A stretch of DNA of 64,000 nt from Ramazzottius varieornatus (lineage: Eukaryota > Animalia > Tardigrada), in NCBI GenBank assembly GCA_001949185.1, contig BDGG01000019.1, positions 399,231 through 463,230 on the forward strand, given 5' to 3'. The notes beneath the pieces were generated by a model. That model saw only the letters and a program-made list of their open reading frames with translations, was not told where the DNA came from and searched no databases. The position numbers and the translations under genes are program-made. Below, in pieces: positions 27,501 to 40,003 of the stretch; position 1 is the first letter of the stretch, and the number at the start of each line of letters is the position of its first letter.

Positions 27501-29592
27501 GAACGTCACATACGACTATAAACACAAAACGATACTTCAGGCAAGAAAGAACCCACAACGCAGAGAGGAAAATTGGCACTACCCGAATGATTTTGAAGAG
27601 GCCGTAATATTCTGGCAACTGACGAACCGATAACCCAAACACGTTCCCCACTGCCATAAGAACGCAGGTGAATTTTCAATGTGATGTTTCTTGAATAGTG
27701 TCTCGTGTAAGGCACTTACACTGGCTTGTGAACACGTGAAAAGCGGCGGCACAGGTGAATCTAAAAAACGACAACAAAACAGATGAACGAAGTGAACAAC
27801 GGACGTGTTAAGAGGGTGAGAATCTCTCGTTGTCAGACAAGCATCGAGTTCGCTGACGTCTTCACGGATCGTCTTTCAATGTTTGAGTACGTACCCTTGG
27901 ACAAGTTGATCCGACAAGTAGACAGTCAGGGCACCGAAACCGAGAACGCCGAACAGCAACTACAAAAATTCACAGGATAATCAGCAATAGGGAAGTGACA
28001 GACGAGAGGTACAAGATTTTTATTTAGAGTGGCGCACGTTTCCGTTATAATGGGCTGAGCGTGCGCCACTCGAAATACATAACGATCGTGCCGTGTTTGA
28101 CTGTCTTCCCAAGAGGCGCACGTTCTCGGTGTCGTTAGCTGGGAACGTGCGTCACTCGAAATCACGATCTTTGTACGTTTCGTTTGTCAGCCTCGCTGTT
28201 GCATTTCACCGTATTTTCACTGTTAAGTTTTTACATTCAAAAAATTCGAATGGAAATCTGAAGAGGTTTTCAAATTACTGAGACTGAAATAGAATTACCT
28301 GCCATAAGCCAGTGAGGAATGCGGCGGCCATTCCCACTTGCATTTGTTTCATTTCCAGAGGCGTGAAGCCACCCGGCAATTTCGGGACTTCCATAGTACC
28401 GTTGAAAGTCCCGTTCCCCATGAAATCCGTAATGTGTGGGTTGGCTTCCGAGTGACCAGCGTACGTCCCGATGATCTTGCTGGTCATCATGCTGATGACG
28501 GCGAATGTTCCCAGCGAACACTGCCGACTCGTACCTATACCGAAAAACCCCTCTGGTTACAGCCAGGTTGAGCCAACCGATGACAGGTTGAGACTGGCTT
28601 CGAGTAGCACTCACCCATCAGAAAATAAAACAGCGTTGGAATAAAAGAAGTATAGAGTCCACAGACCTAAACATTGGACCACAAGGACTAGAAAGAGCGA
28701 TCAATTCCTGTTCGTGAAATGGAAACTCTCCAAACAAAACACGACCATAGCGGTTTTTCCGTGTAAGTGGCGGGTGCATCCAGCCAGTAGCATCGAACTG
28801 ATGCGCCTCTTGGAAAAAAACGATCGGGTCGAGTTTGTTTGTTTGCCGAGTTCCAAAGTCAATGTTTCCGCTCTTAGGGTAAAACTTACGGGAGGAAGTC
28901 CGGCTAAAATTGAGTAGGCCATTCCTTGCGGAACGTTCATGACACCAACCGTGATGCCTAGATTGAGAACACATCTTGTTCTGTTTTGCAGCACCAAGAA
29001 AAAGTGTCGATTAGGAAAGCTGAGTTATACCCGCGATGACGTCAGCAGCGATGAGACGTCGGAAGTCGTATTTAGGGATCCAATCGAGGGCGGGAAACCA
29101 TGTCTTGGTCCAGTCCCAGGCACAGCGAGGTCCACACTTGTTCTTGGCCAGCTTCCGTGTCCATTTCTTTCTGACAATACGCTGGATTTCCTGTGATGGA
29201 GTCAGAGCCGGACCTGGCTCACGCAGTCCATACGTTTCGTTAAACCTGGAAAAATTCGTAGCACGTTCAAATGGTAGGAAAAATCAACCCCTAGGGCAAC
29301 TTAACCTTCCCAACCACGATTAATATCATGCTCAAGATTTAAGGTATTCTGTTCAATGTTCCATTTGCATTTGATAGTCTACGTTGGTACGACTGCTATG
29401 TACAAACATTTTACTATGTTGTGGTCGCCGTGGTAAAAGCACTTCCACATACTAAGGCAAATTGCAGGTGAGATACCTAGGTTGGTTCAAGATGGGTCGA
29501 TTCACGCGAAGTTGACTGTCCGGACGTAAACTGCACGTCCTACCATGAGGACGATCCAGGTGGTCGCGGGGCTTTAAATTATCATCCGTCAT
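24595..29592 (-). CDS. SLC26 anion transporter paralog B, with STAS domain
   Basis: Exons approx. 29592-29477, 29245-29030, 28958-28889, 28676-28615, 28535-28300, 27960-27895, 27760-27720, 27653-27583, 27515-27352, 26932-26777, 26708-26521, 26449-26277, 26112-25937, 25549-25063, 24870-24728, 24651-24595. Motifs [76 protein letters not shown]; predicted end KLDADKKF-TGA. Confidence 0.93.
24925..25003. repeat. Palindromic repeat family copy in SLC26-B intron
   Basis: CCAGATC..CCAGTGGCGCACACTTCC..GGAAGGTGCGCCACTTG..GATCTGG. Confidence 0.85.
25648..25850. repeat. Palindromic repeat family copy, multi-unit, in SLC26-B intron
   Basis: Two full AAGTGGCGC..GTGCGCCA units plus a partial third. Confidence 0.85.
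27165..27252. repeat. Palindromic repeat family copy in SLC26-B intron
   Basis: AAAGTGGCGCAA..GTGCGCCATTTGCGGAAACGATC. Confidence 0.75.
28010..28195. repeat. Palindromic repeat family copy, two units, in SLC26-B intron
   Basis: GAGTGGCGCACG..CGTGCGCCACTC..CCCAAGAGGCGCACGTTC..GAACGTGCGTCACTC. Confidence 0.85.
28725..28858. repeat. Palindromic repeat family copy in SLC26-B intron
   Basis: AAGTGGCG..TGCGCCTCTTGGAAAAAAACGATCGGGTCGAGTTTGTTTG..TGCCGAG. Confidence 0.8.
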
Positions 29593-30481
29593 GGTAAATT
29601 CCGACTACAACACGGCCAAGTGAAAACTGAAAATCCGACAGGACTGAGGCAACGAGGGCCAAGAGTTAGGCGAGAAAGCAGCCAGTCAAACCACCGAACC
29701 AAAGATGGATCGGTCAGAAAATTCCCGCCATGCTGGATCATAGAAAAGGACTTGACGAAAACCACATCCTGGTTGGTTCGGACGCACAGTGGCGAGTGGT
29801 CACCCAGTCCACTCGATGCAATGCTTTAGCTTTGCTCGACTGTCTAGACCATCGGGAGTGAGACGTTCTGGGCGAGAGAGCTCACAGCCACGTCTTGAGC
29901 ATACAATCCGAAAGAAAAGTGAAAGATCTGTCCGAGTCAGGTGGGCCTCTTTAAACCGAACACAAGACTGTTGCGGTGAACACTAAACAAACCCATCTGA
30001 CACATACAAGCCGGAAAGGCCTAATACTCACAAGTCAGTCGTACTGGTCTACAATGCTTTGAGCGCGAGGTCGACAAATGGGTCGTAAGCAACCACACCG
30101 ACAAGAGAGAATTGTTTTGACGACAAGATGGATTTGGAGACTCAAATTCCAAGGCACCTTTCCAGAAATCAGTCAGCTATGGAAAACATAAGTGCTCTAC
30201 AACAACAAGCCTATACCCCCGAAATATGTACCTTTTGTTCTCAACAAGGAGCGTGACAGCGGGGCCTTGAGAAACTGTTGACTTCAGGACAAAAAGAGCG
30301 GCGTATCGTCAATTTTACGCCTTGTGACTTTTCAATCTTTCCAGTTATGACTTCTCCCCAAAAACGTCACTTTGTGTCCAATTTTATGCTTCTTCATGAA
30401 CATCTATCGTCACTAGTTATTCGATATTCGTCCATTCAATTTTGCCAGAAGTTTACTGATATTTAACTGGGAATTACTGTA

Positions 30482-30607
30482 ACTCGGCAAACAGCCCGAC
30501 CCGATCACTCACCCCAGTGGCGCACGCTTCCAGCCAGTTCCGTTAGATACAGTAACTGGCGCCACTTGAGAAAAGATCTGGTTGACTTTGCTTGCCAAGC
30601 TCCAAAT
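30482..30607. repeat. Palindromic repeat family copy (between genes)
   Basis: CTCGGCAAACAGCCCGAC..CAGTGGCGCACGCTTCCAGCCA..GCGCCACTTGAGAAAAGATCTGG..TTGCCAAGCTCC. Confidence 0.85.
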
Positions 30608-30836
30608 CTTTTATTTTTCAGTTCTTGTTTTGCCAAAATCATCAGCTAGTTTCGCTCAGCAACAAAACACCGAGCACACGAACAAAAATCCTGCAGGAAA
30701 ACTAAATCTTGTTCAAGATATTTCCACCAGAAACTGTAATAAATCAATTCAGGATTACCTCTTTATTCTCCATTATTGCCATACCGTAATTTACGGACAA
30801 GTTCGGGAAAGGAGTCCACTGTGAATTTGTGGTAAG

Positions 30837-31181
30837 ATGGGTAGCGGGTTTTTGGGAACGGTCAAGACGCTGCTCGTTTCGATCGCCCTAATTTGGACCC
30901 TGTTTGTCTTGTACGAGCTACGCGAGGCCTTTACGGACCCTGCTGCCAAGGAGAAGGCTCGACAGCGTTTGATCAACGACTTGCAACATTTCTCGCAGAC
31001 CAGCAAGACCTTCTTCGAGCAAGGGAAGAATGCACTGTATATTCTAACGACCAGCTACAAACTGCAGCTCCACGTTTTCGCTGATAACGCCATCGCCTTC
31101 GTGCAAGACATGACTCAAGGCTCGTTCCTTGAGGAACTGGTGGGGATGCCGGCTGCCAAAGTCGAACATTACGACCTCTAG
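30837..31181 (+). CDS. Small orphan single-pass membrane or secreted protein, 114 aa
   Basis: ATG-started ORF with C/G-ending codon bias like neighbouring genes, N-terminal hydrophobic segment LLVSIALIWTLFVLY, helical amphipathic remainder, ends HYDL. No family recognised. Confidence 0.6.
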   Translation: MGSGFLGTVKTLLVSIALIWTLFVLYELREAFTDPAAKEKARQRLINDLQHFSQTSKTFFEQGKNALYILTTSYKLQLHVFADNAIAFVQDMTQGSFLEELVGMPAAKVEHYDL

Positions 31182-31595
31182 AAACGCTGTTTCCTTCTAA
31201 TGTTTTACAAAACTTGGATATTATTTCATACTTTAGATTATCGTTATTATGTTTGGGATAGCTTTCTCTGTGAGAAAACTAAATCAAACGGCAAGATTCT
31301 GAAAGTTGAAAAATACGGGTACGACAAGATTGAGGAAAAAGTAACGAATCACGAGCATTTCACAATGAAAACATTAAGGTGAAAAACATGAGGGAAGTTT
31401 TCAGGTTAAAAAAATCGAACGACAGGTTAAAAATAATTTGGTTAAAATTTAGAAAAAACGCGCTTGAGAGCTAGGAAGTTAGCTTCAAGGCACGGTTGCG
31501 AACTAAGATATAAATTACGAAACGTTTTTCTCTAGTAAAATCTGTTAGTACGTGAGTACTTCCTAAACACAGAGTTTTCTCGACGATGTGTCTTC

Positions 31596-34500
31596 CTCAG
31601 ACGTCCACACTGGCCACTCCTCCCGACACTGTCAGCGACTACAAAACAACTTTCGTAAAACAACACTGTAAAGCTGTTGTGCGAAAGTACAGTAAGTGAC
31701 TTTAAATACCGGCTTCCGCGGACCATCGTGCTTCACCGCGAACAAGACCGCATCATGGACAGTCAGATACAGCTGATCGGGTCCAACGCGCTTGGTGAAA
31801 CCGCTCAAGAAAAGGGTTTCCCGTAAATTCGCTAAAACAAAATACCACACACATGGGAAAACGCCAAATGAAACATCCAAGATCGTTATCTCAAGTGGCA
31901 CAAACTGCCAGCCTGTAGCAACGAGGAGGTGCGCCATTGGGGAAAACAAGCAAACTCGACGAGATCTTTTCCCAAGTAACGCACGCTTTCTCTGTTATTG
32001 GCTGGCAGGGTGCCCCACTTTTGAAAACCATCTGGTCGACATTATTCGAGGTTTTTCGCTGGTTTCGTGAGAAACAACAACAACATACCTTTGCAAGAAG
32101 CCATCAAGAACTCGATACCAGCCTTCCTACATTCCAGCGCCATCTTCTCGACCATCTCCACGCCCGTCACGTCCATGTAGCACACGGACGAGCAGTCGAA
32201 TATCACATGGTGCGGTAGACTACCCGACAGCTTCCGACTACGAAGTGACTCGCTTCTGTCTCTGGGAGGCGTCAAGACCAGTGTACCAGAGTCGACTGAG
32301 ACTTCTGCCAGCTGACCCAAACGCAGTTGACCCACGTTTGGGTCGACTTCTTCGTCGTGCCATGTAGTGGGTGCGAAGCTCTGATACTTGGATCCCCGTC
32401 GGTGTCTCCGGCGTTCGGGGCTGGTTGGTCTAGACTGGGCAGGCTCGATGACAGTGTCGAGTTCGCAGAGCTCGAAGGTAACGCGGCGGAAGTATTCGGC
32501 GTTGGCGAAGTACAAGGGAGCATCTAAGCGGATGATCTTGATACCAGGAACTTCCATTGCCTGTAAAATACCGTAGAAGAATGGCCAAAGAATTGACTCT
32601 AATTATTTATTAACACTTAAAAGACCACGCAATTCCGAGCTCTGGGAGTACAAGGGGGGTAGATCACCTTCCCCAATTTTCAACTGGCTGAAATCATGGG
32701 GTGGGTCAAATCGGGCCAATCACCACATGTACGCTTCGCATTTTTCGAGTAAAATGCACCACTAAGTGAACCAAAGTGCCAGACCTTTTTAATCTGCTCT
32801 GACCACTGGTCACACAGCATGGAACATACTGGAGCGCCTAAGACGGTACCAATGTACTAGCTCTGTGTCCAATTTTTAAGGAGGCTTTCCGTCAGCCAGC
32901 TCTTGAGTAAAAATTTGGTCTGTCAACTCAAGACACAATCTGGTCAAAAACGAAATATTCTCTCGAAATTTTCAGAAAGCTGCTAGCCAGTTCACGTCTT
33001 TCTTAACTGGATGCGACAAAGTTTCCGAAAGCAAACGTGAAAATTTGAGACGAAAAGGTTCAACAGTAGCCATTCCGCAGGGCTTTTGGGGTGCGCCAGG
33101 CAACCGGGGTACCCCCTTGGTCTTTTAAGTGATAAGAAAACGAGTATAAACTTGTCAGCGTTAAAATATGCGCAAGCTCGATTCTGGTCAAATTTTTCTC
33201 TTCTCAACCGAGCCTTCAAATAACTACCACGAAGGTTTTAAATCTAGTTGCACTTACCGATTTGTAGGAGTCGAGTCGTTTGTAAATGTCCGTTTGCGGT
33301 ACGCGCCCCAGAAGTCCCACTTCGGGTCGCTGAGTTCGCAGAATCACAGTCAGCAAGCTGTAAGACAGTCCAACAAGAAGGCCGGAATCGACGTCAAGTA
33401 AGAGAACGGCAAGAAGAGCCACCACGAACACCGACGTGTCTATCAGCGAGACCTTCCACAGCCTGCCAATCTCGGTGACTTGCTTCAGCATGTTGATTAG
33501 TGCCACCATGATGATGGCACCTAAGCAGGCTTCTGGAAGAGGCTCTAACAGGTGACCTAGAGCCAGGAGAACTACTAACACGAAGCATGCGGCCACAACA
33601 CTGACAATCTACAAAGCAAAGATAGCTAATTAACAGTCTTATCATGATATACAGAACCGAGGCGAACAAACTCAGCAAAGATCGATCGCCAAGTGGCGCA
33701 CGTTTCCAGCCATCCACACTAAAAAAGTGCGTTCACTTTGAGAACACCCGATCTCGACAAAAATTGTTTTTCCAAGTGACGCACGCAGTCAGCCGAAAAC
33801 ACCAAAAATGTGTGCCACTCGAAATACGGATCTTATCGAGTTTGTTTGCTCTTTGCCGAGCTCCTAAAATCCACATTCGCGCACCTGGGTCATGCCGCCA
33901 ACGGCGACCTGCACAGCACTTCTCGCTAAGGATCCCGTAGCCGGGATACATTGGAAGAATGAGCCGAAAATGTTCATGGTTCCTAGGGCTTTCAGCTCCT
34001 GCTTGGGGTCGATCTCATACTGGAAGCGTTGAGCGAAAAGCTTCCCCAGTGAGACCGTTATGGTAAATCCAACCTGCGTGAAAGAATTCGACTGGGTGAT
34101 GAACTGCAGTTAGAAATATCAGATGGAAGGTTCCTCACCACAGCGATCGCGAAGGTATCCATTAGAATCTCAGGAACTAAGGTCATGTCAGGTATCTGCG
34201 GTTGCGGGAACCCGACAGGAACCTTGTGTACCGTGGTCACATTGTACTTCTCTCGGAGTTTCATGGTGTAGGAAGCGACAGCTCCGAAGACTATCACGAG
34301 AAGTTCGGAAGGCAGTGGAAACTTGATCCATGCCATCACCCTCCTATTCTCGTTGACGAAATACCTGAAGGAGGGGAACGCGTCTTCCTCACTACTGGCA
34401 TTTCCTTCATGAGTTTGGTAATGTGGAACTCTGCGGTGGTTACTTGAAAAACAGAAGAACCCCGATGCACGTCAGCGATATTGCCAGCGTGGGCGGATGT

Positions 34501-36165
34501 GTGTCTTTGATGCGTGAGAAAAAGTTCCCGTACGACTGAAATCACAAAAAATCGCTTTTTTCCGGCCCCACGGTTATGCCACGGGGAGAACCCCAGAAAA
34601 CATGTGTATAGTGCAGTACCTTGATCAGCTTGAAGGCACCAGAATGCGAAGTCATATTCCTCAAGCCGAACACCGGCTTCAGCTGGCTGGTGAAGACATG
34701 GAAGGAAGCCCCACAGGTAAACCTAAAGATATTTTGCGCAAATCTGAATAACGGAAAACAGTCTTTGGCCATCTGTCATGAACCTGCATACAGCGACTCC
34801 ATGACATCGGATGCCAAAATGGAATGTGATGCACATGCTTGACGAACGTCTCACAGTTGTCTATTTGGCCCTTGTGTACCTCCATCCGTGTACCCAATGT
34901 AATCTGCATGTTGTGAGTATGCAGGTGCGTCAAACTAAGTAGAGTCGCTACTTCGACCACCCGTGTTTTCCGCCACACCAAGGTCGGAGTATCTCGCATA
35001 AACAGCTTCATGAGCCATAACATACCCTTTGATGAGCTGGTCGGACAAGTACACCGTCAACGATCCTAAACCAAATAACCCAAGTCCCATCTAAAAACAA
35101 AAAAACAACCTTATGACCGTTGTAAACTTCGTAAGAACGGAACTGTTCGGTGTTTATTGACCGTGAAGGGCTGTAGAAATCACCTGCCAAATGCCGACGC
35201 AGAAAGCAACGGTAATCAAGGCATAAACCCTAGCTGCCACATTTTCCTCATGTCCTTCGTTATCCTGTGTCCAGTTGGAAGCCAGACCGGCATCGGTTAG
35301 AACCTTAGCTTCTCTGTGTTCGTAATCCCGGACGATCTTGCTGGTCATCAGGCTGACCACCGCGAAGGTCCCCACCGACACATGCCGCGAAGTACCCATC
35401 AATGTGTACATCAGCAAGGGGAAAAAGCTCGTGTAGAGGCCGTACACGTGAGGAACACCGGCCAGCTTCCCATAGGCCATCCCTAAAGCCAGATAGATAT
35501 CAAAAGGGTAAAGAGTAATACTACGGAATGAATTTCAACAAAACCTGACAACTGAAATGAACTCGCGCATGAGGTAAGAAACAACAACGAGAAGCAGCGA
35601 ATCCGCAGTGACGACATGCGCTACTTGACATTACCTTGTGGGATGTTCATGATTCCAACGGTTATACCTGCAAGAAAATCAGAGTTGACCCACTCGATCT
35701 TGTGAAACGAGAAAAAACTGTCTTACCAGCGATTAAGTCTTTGAGCAAATTCTGGCGAATATCGTAGCGTGGAAGCCATGTCAAAAGAGGGAAAGCCCGG
35801 AAGACTTTCTTCTTGATGATACGGCGACAGTCCGTTCTTGAATGAAAGGTGCTGTGCAATTTTCTGCCAACTTCTCTCTTTAGCTTGACCCATGGAGTGG
35901 CTGGTACATTGTGCTCAAGTGATTCGTTGTTGTCATCAAACCTTGAACGACATAGACCGGAAGTGAATACAGGAAATGGAATACACGTACAGTATATTCA
36001 GGCTGTCACCGAGGCTTACTTTGCTTGACTGAAGATGGGTCGATGGATGCTAAAGCGGCTGGTGCTGCAGCTCTGCCGGAGCTTCTCGGCAATCCCAGGG
36101 CTCTTGGCGGATGATGTGTTGGGTTCCGTCAGGATCACTTCTTCGCTGTGATTATCGTACGTCAT
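31596..36165 (-). CDS. SLC26 anion transporter paralog C, with STAS domain (last exon uncertain)
   Basis: Exons approx. 36165-36021, 35941-35727, 35667-35635, 35482-35184, 35090-35026, 34722-34620, (one short exon near 34366-34520 unresolved), 34365-34139, 34073-33885, 33608-33258, 32560-32088, 31832-31709, ~31638-31596. Motifs DLIAGITVGIMNIPQGMAY, GLYTSFFP, GTSRHVSVG, FTCGASFHVFTSQ, TGSLARS, APLYFAN, VIFDCSSVCYMDVTG, YLTVHDAV. Confidence 0.92.
31875..32045. repeat. Palindromic repeat family copy, two units, in SLC26-C intron
   Basis: AGATCGTTATCTCAAGTGGCAC..GTGCGCCATTGGGGAAAAC..CAAACTCGACGAGATC..CCCAAGTAACGCACG..CCACTTTTGAAAACCATCTGGTCGA. Confidence 0.85.
32614..33131. mobile_element. piggyBac-like non-autonomous element inside an SLC26-C intron
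   Basis: Perfect 14-bp TIR CACTTAAAAGACCA / TGGTCTTTTAAGTG flanked by TTAA (32610-32613) and ATAA (33132-33135); 518 bp; no ORF. Confidence 0.7.
33660..33870. repeat. Palindromic repeat family copy, two units, in SLC26-C intron
   Basis: CCAAGTGGCGCACGTTTCCAGCC..TTCCAAGTGACGCACG..GTGCCACTCG..GATCTTATCGAGTTTGTTTG..TGCCGAGCTCC. Confidence 0.85.
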
Positions 36166-36939
36166 TCTCTCCTGTCCATATGGAGGCAAAGTGTTTCCGT
36201 CCGCGGGATCAGCTGATTACTGCCCATCTGCGACGAGACAAGCAGCGTTAAGCACAGGGATAAGATTGATACGACAAATGTATCGCTGTCTTCAAAGGCA
36301 GGTAAACAAACGATATCGCTTTCCACCGAATTTCACGCAGCGGAGAAAACTGGTTTTCTTCTTCAGAGAAATTTAGTGCGCAGTGCGCAGGACGTACACT
36401 GGTCACTGGTACTAAGGTGGTTAACTCTGCCGCGGTTAACCAGGTACCACTTTGCCGCTCAGCTGGGTAATCTAGGCGAAGCGGAATATCGCTGTGTGGA
36501 CCGCTTCGCTTGTCCCAGCTGATATGTCCAGATCGTAAATATTTCCGAGAAAAGTCAACTGTTTCATTCGCTCGAACTAGACAGGCCGCCCCCCCCTTTT
36601 CATCAATCGGCAACTACCCTGGTTGCACTTTGATAAGGAGAGGACGGAATGCCATCACGTGAAATCGTCAATAGAAACGTTTAGCACTCCAGCACTGAAG
36701 CCGGAGGAGCAAGGCCTGTTTGTTGACGAAGCCAGCAACGAGTTTCATAGATCGCTGACGGCATTCACGGTTGCCACCACAAGTGTGTATCACATATCGG
36801 CATTCCGTGCCATTACCCACCTACATGTCTTCTTGTTTAATATTTGTAGGAAACAATCCAAGCGATTAAGCGGACTTTGGAGTCGGCGGAAGGATTACCC
36901 CGTTTGTTGGAGCAGATTTTACGATTTCGGTTTCCTACC

Positions 36940-39900
36940 ATGTCCGTCTCGGTGATGTCGACTGAACCAGCAGAGGAAGCCATGTTCTCCATGGCCGGTA
37001 TCATGTTAGATTTTGACAGCGTCAGCTTGGCCTCTCGAACACCTTCTCCTCCGACGAGCGCTTCACCGACGGGTCGACGAAGCAATTCTCCACTGACTAA
37101 GCAGCGTATGGAGGTACTGTAATTATTTAATTTTCCGAACCGTTTTCGAGTTAATCCGGGTCGAGTGTGGTGCGCGACTTGATCGAGGTCGAATTTGGTG
37201 CGCGATTTGATCTGAGGTCTTTTGTGTTTTCAGAGCATCAGCGAAGAAGCTCCACCGGTGGAAGTGACCGTCGTCCAGCTTCTGCCCGATTTCGACGGGA
37301 GTCTCGAAGACATGGTTTTTGCTGATCCAGTCAGTTACACGGAAGAAGAGTTGTCGAACCTACAGACGGAATTTACGATAGACGATTCCCTCGGTGCTGA
37401 AATGGCCCAGTTCGAGACCGGTGGCGGTGGCTTCATTCCACCGTGTCTGCTGCAGAAAATTGTGGATAGTACCGACGATGTCGAAAGTTTGGACCCCGAG
37501 AAGGCCAAAAAATGCTTTCAGCCGGTTCTGCTGAGCGAAATGTCGTCCAGGTAATTAATGATGCCTTCCAGCTTGCACATACTGTCTTGAGATAATTGCC
37601 TATTCATCAAGATGTTTGTTTACAATTTAATGGATTCACGAGACTTTTGCTCACTAGAGTAGTGCCAAATGCCGTGAAATCTTTGCGCATTTTGCAAAGT
37701 TATTCCAAAGCTTTTTTTGGTACACTTTGAACCGGTGCGCGAGTTGATTTGGGTGCTGTGGTCGTTAACTTGGATCCACTCGCGCAGTGGGTGGGTTGTT
37801 TTGCTGGCATGGTGCGCGGCTTTTGTGGACTGGACGAGGTCTCGTGTTGTTTCTGTACAGTTAGGCACTCTGGAATGTTTTCGTCGTGCTCAAATTTTGC
37901 TTTTTGTTTGTTTTTACAGTCTGTCGATGACAAAGGAAGGGTTCATCCGGATGAACGATTACAAAATTTCCTTCGACTCTATGGGCGGCGGAAGGCTGAG
38001 CGAAGTTCGCGTGGCATTCAACGAACGTGACCAGCAGCAGTACGCCGTCAAGATCTTATCGAAGAAAAAACTGCAAACATACAATCTGCTGTTAAGGTAA
38101 TCCCTTTTGAATACTCTGGAATTCTTGATGAAGACTCTGACACGACTGAACGACGATTCTCACGCTGTGGGAATATTTTAGGGCATTTTAAGTTAAACGA
38201 GCTTGAGCACCCTCATTACCTGGTGCACTCGATGATGTGTTGTGCACAGCGAGTACCCCACTTTATGGAGGTCAATTATGTTTGGGTTCGATCTCCCCTA
38301 GAGTGTGATCTTCTTTTACGCCAAAATTTACGGGGAACCAAATTGCGTAATGTGCTTTGCAGGACATCACGAAATCCTCTGGAGGAAGCTTACCGGGAAA
38401 TCGGTATCTTGCAAAAGCTAAATCACCCGAACATTATCCAGCTGGTGGAGGTCGTGGACAAGCCCGACGACGACAACATTTACATAGTCTTTGAGCTTTT
38501 GGATCAGGCTCTGATGGATCTTCCCACGGGTATGTCGCTTTCATTTTGCTAAGTACCAACAAATGCTTGCTTTCTGTCCGCTTCTTGTTTAAATACCCTG
38601 GATGCATATTGAAGATCAGTGTCACGCAATCTGACACGTGCATGTGTTGTGCCTTATACCCTTTATCACTTTTGCCAAATGTGGAGCGTGAATTAGGTCT
38701 TGAATAATCACGAGCTCCTTTTTGTGCTGTCACAGAATCTCCCTTCTCCGAAGACGAAGCCAGGAAGTTCTTCGTGGAAATCCTCCGAGGAGTCGAACAT
38801 CTTCACTCGAACAAGATCGTTCATCGTGATCTGTGAGTTTGATTTCCGTGAAACATGAAGTAATAGAAACTGGAGCTCGGAAAACATACTCAACGAGATC
38901 GTTTTTCTAAGTGACGCACGCTTTCAACGTTGTTGGCTGAACGGATGCGCCACTTGGTAAAATGATCCTGTCAAGTTCCTGTTTAGCTCCAAAATATTTT
39001 AGTGACGGAAAAGGGCGATTGGTTTGCTATTTTGAAACTGCCAGAGAATTTTCCCATATTTTCAGAACGTGATATTTGAGTGAAACTTTTGTTTGCGTTG
39101 AAACCTTGGGCTGTTTACCATGTCCGTAAAATTTATTTCTATCTGCAGCAAACCCGACAACATGCTATTGAGCAAAAAAGGTGTCGTAAAGATTGCAGAC
39201 TTCGGCTTTGCGGATAATCTTCCAGATAACGAAGCAGACGACTCAGAGTCCGACAACGATGTCAACTGCGAGTTCGTCAGTGCAGTTCACGGAACACCGG
39301 CCTTCACGGTAAATTTCTGCTCTGGTTAGAAATCTCTACCGCTGGTTTCCGTTAGCGTTACGAGTACGGTAGTTCGTGGTCTGATCAATATTTTTGGGAG
39401 CTCGGCAAATGGAAATCACAGGACTGGTTTCCCAAGGGGCGCACATGTTCGGTCTCATTGGCTGAAAGCGTACGCCACTTCAAATAACGATCTTATCGAG
39501 CTTATCTTCCCAGGTGACGCACTTTTCCAGTATTGTTACCTGGAAGCGTGCGCTTGTCTTGTCGAGTCTGTCAACTTAGGTCTTATTTCTATGATGTTTT
39601 TGTTTCATCATAGCCTCCGGAATGCCTTCGGCAACGCAAGCATCCCGTTTGCGCTTTTCCCCTGGATCTCTGGTCTCTCGGCATCACCCTCTACGCGTTG
39701 GTGGTCGGTGACGTGCCCTACAAAGGCGACACGATGCCGGCACTGTTCCAGGCCATCCGTACAGCCAGCGTCGAGTACCCACCACAGATTGAGCTGTCAA
39801 CAGCACTCAAAGAGCTCATTTCGCGCCTGTTGGACAAGAACCCGTCCACACGCATCCGCATGGAGGACGTTCAGGCTCATCCGTGGCTGCAAATGGGACG

Positions 39901-40003
39901 GGATGCGGATGTTGACGGGCAGACTGGTGAGAGCCTAGTCACGAAGAACGAAGGCCTCCACACGGTCATTCCACGCCCGGAAAACGATCATGTGCGCTCG
40001 TGA
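36940..40003 (+). CDS. CaMKK-like Ser/Thr protein kinase (divergent)
   Basis: Exons approx. 36940-37113, 37234-37550, 37920-38096, 38363-38529, 38736-38832, 39149-39308, 39613-40003. YAVKILSKKKL, PLEEAYREIGILQKLNHPNIIQLVEVVDKPDDDNIYIVFELL, IVHRDL|KPDNMLL, VKIADFG, GTPAFT|PPE, DLWSLGITLY are CaMKK-type motifs. Confidence 0.85.
38871..38996. repeat. Palindromic repeat family copy in kinase intron
   Basis: GGAGCTCGG..AGATCGTTTTTCTAAGTGACGCACG..TGCGCCACTTGGTAAAATGATC..AGCTCC. Confidence 0.85.
39391..39572. repeat. Palindromic repeat family copy, two units, in kinase intron
   Basis: GGGAGCTCGGCAAA..CCCAAGGGGCGCAC..GCGTACGCCACTT..CCCAGGTGACGCAC..GGAAGCGTGCGC. Confidence 0.85.
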
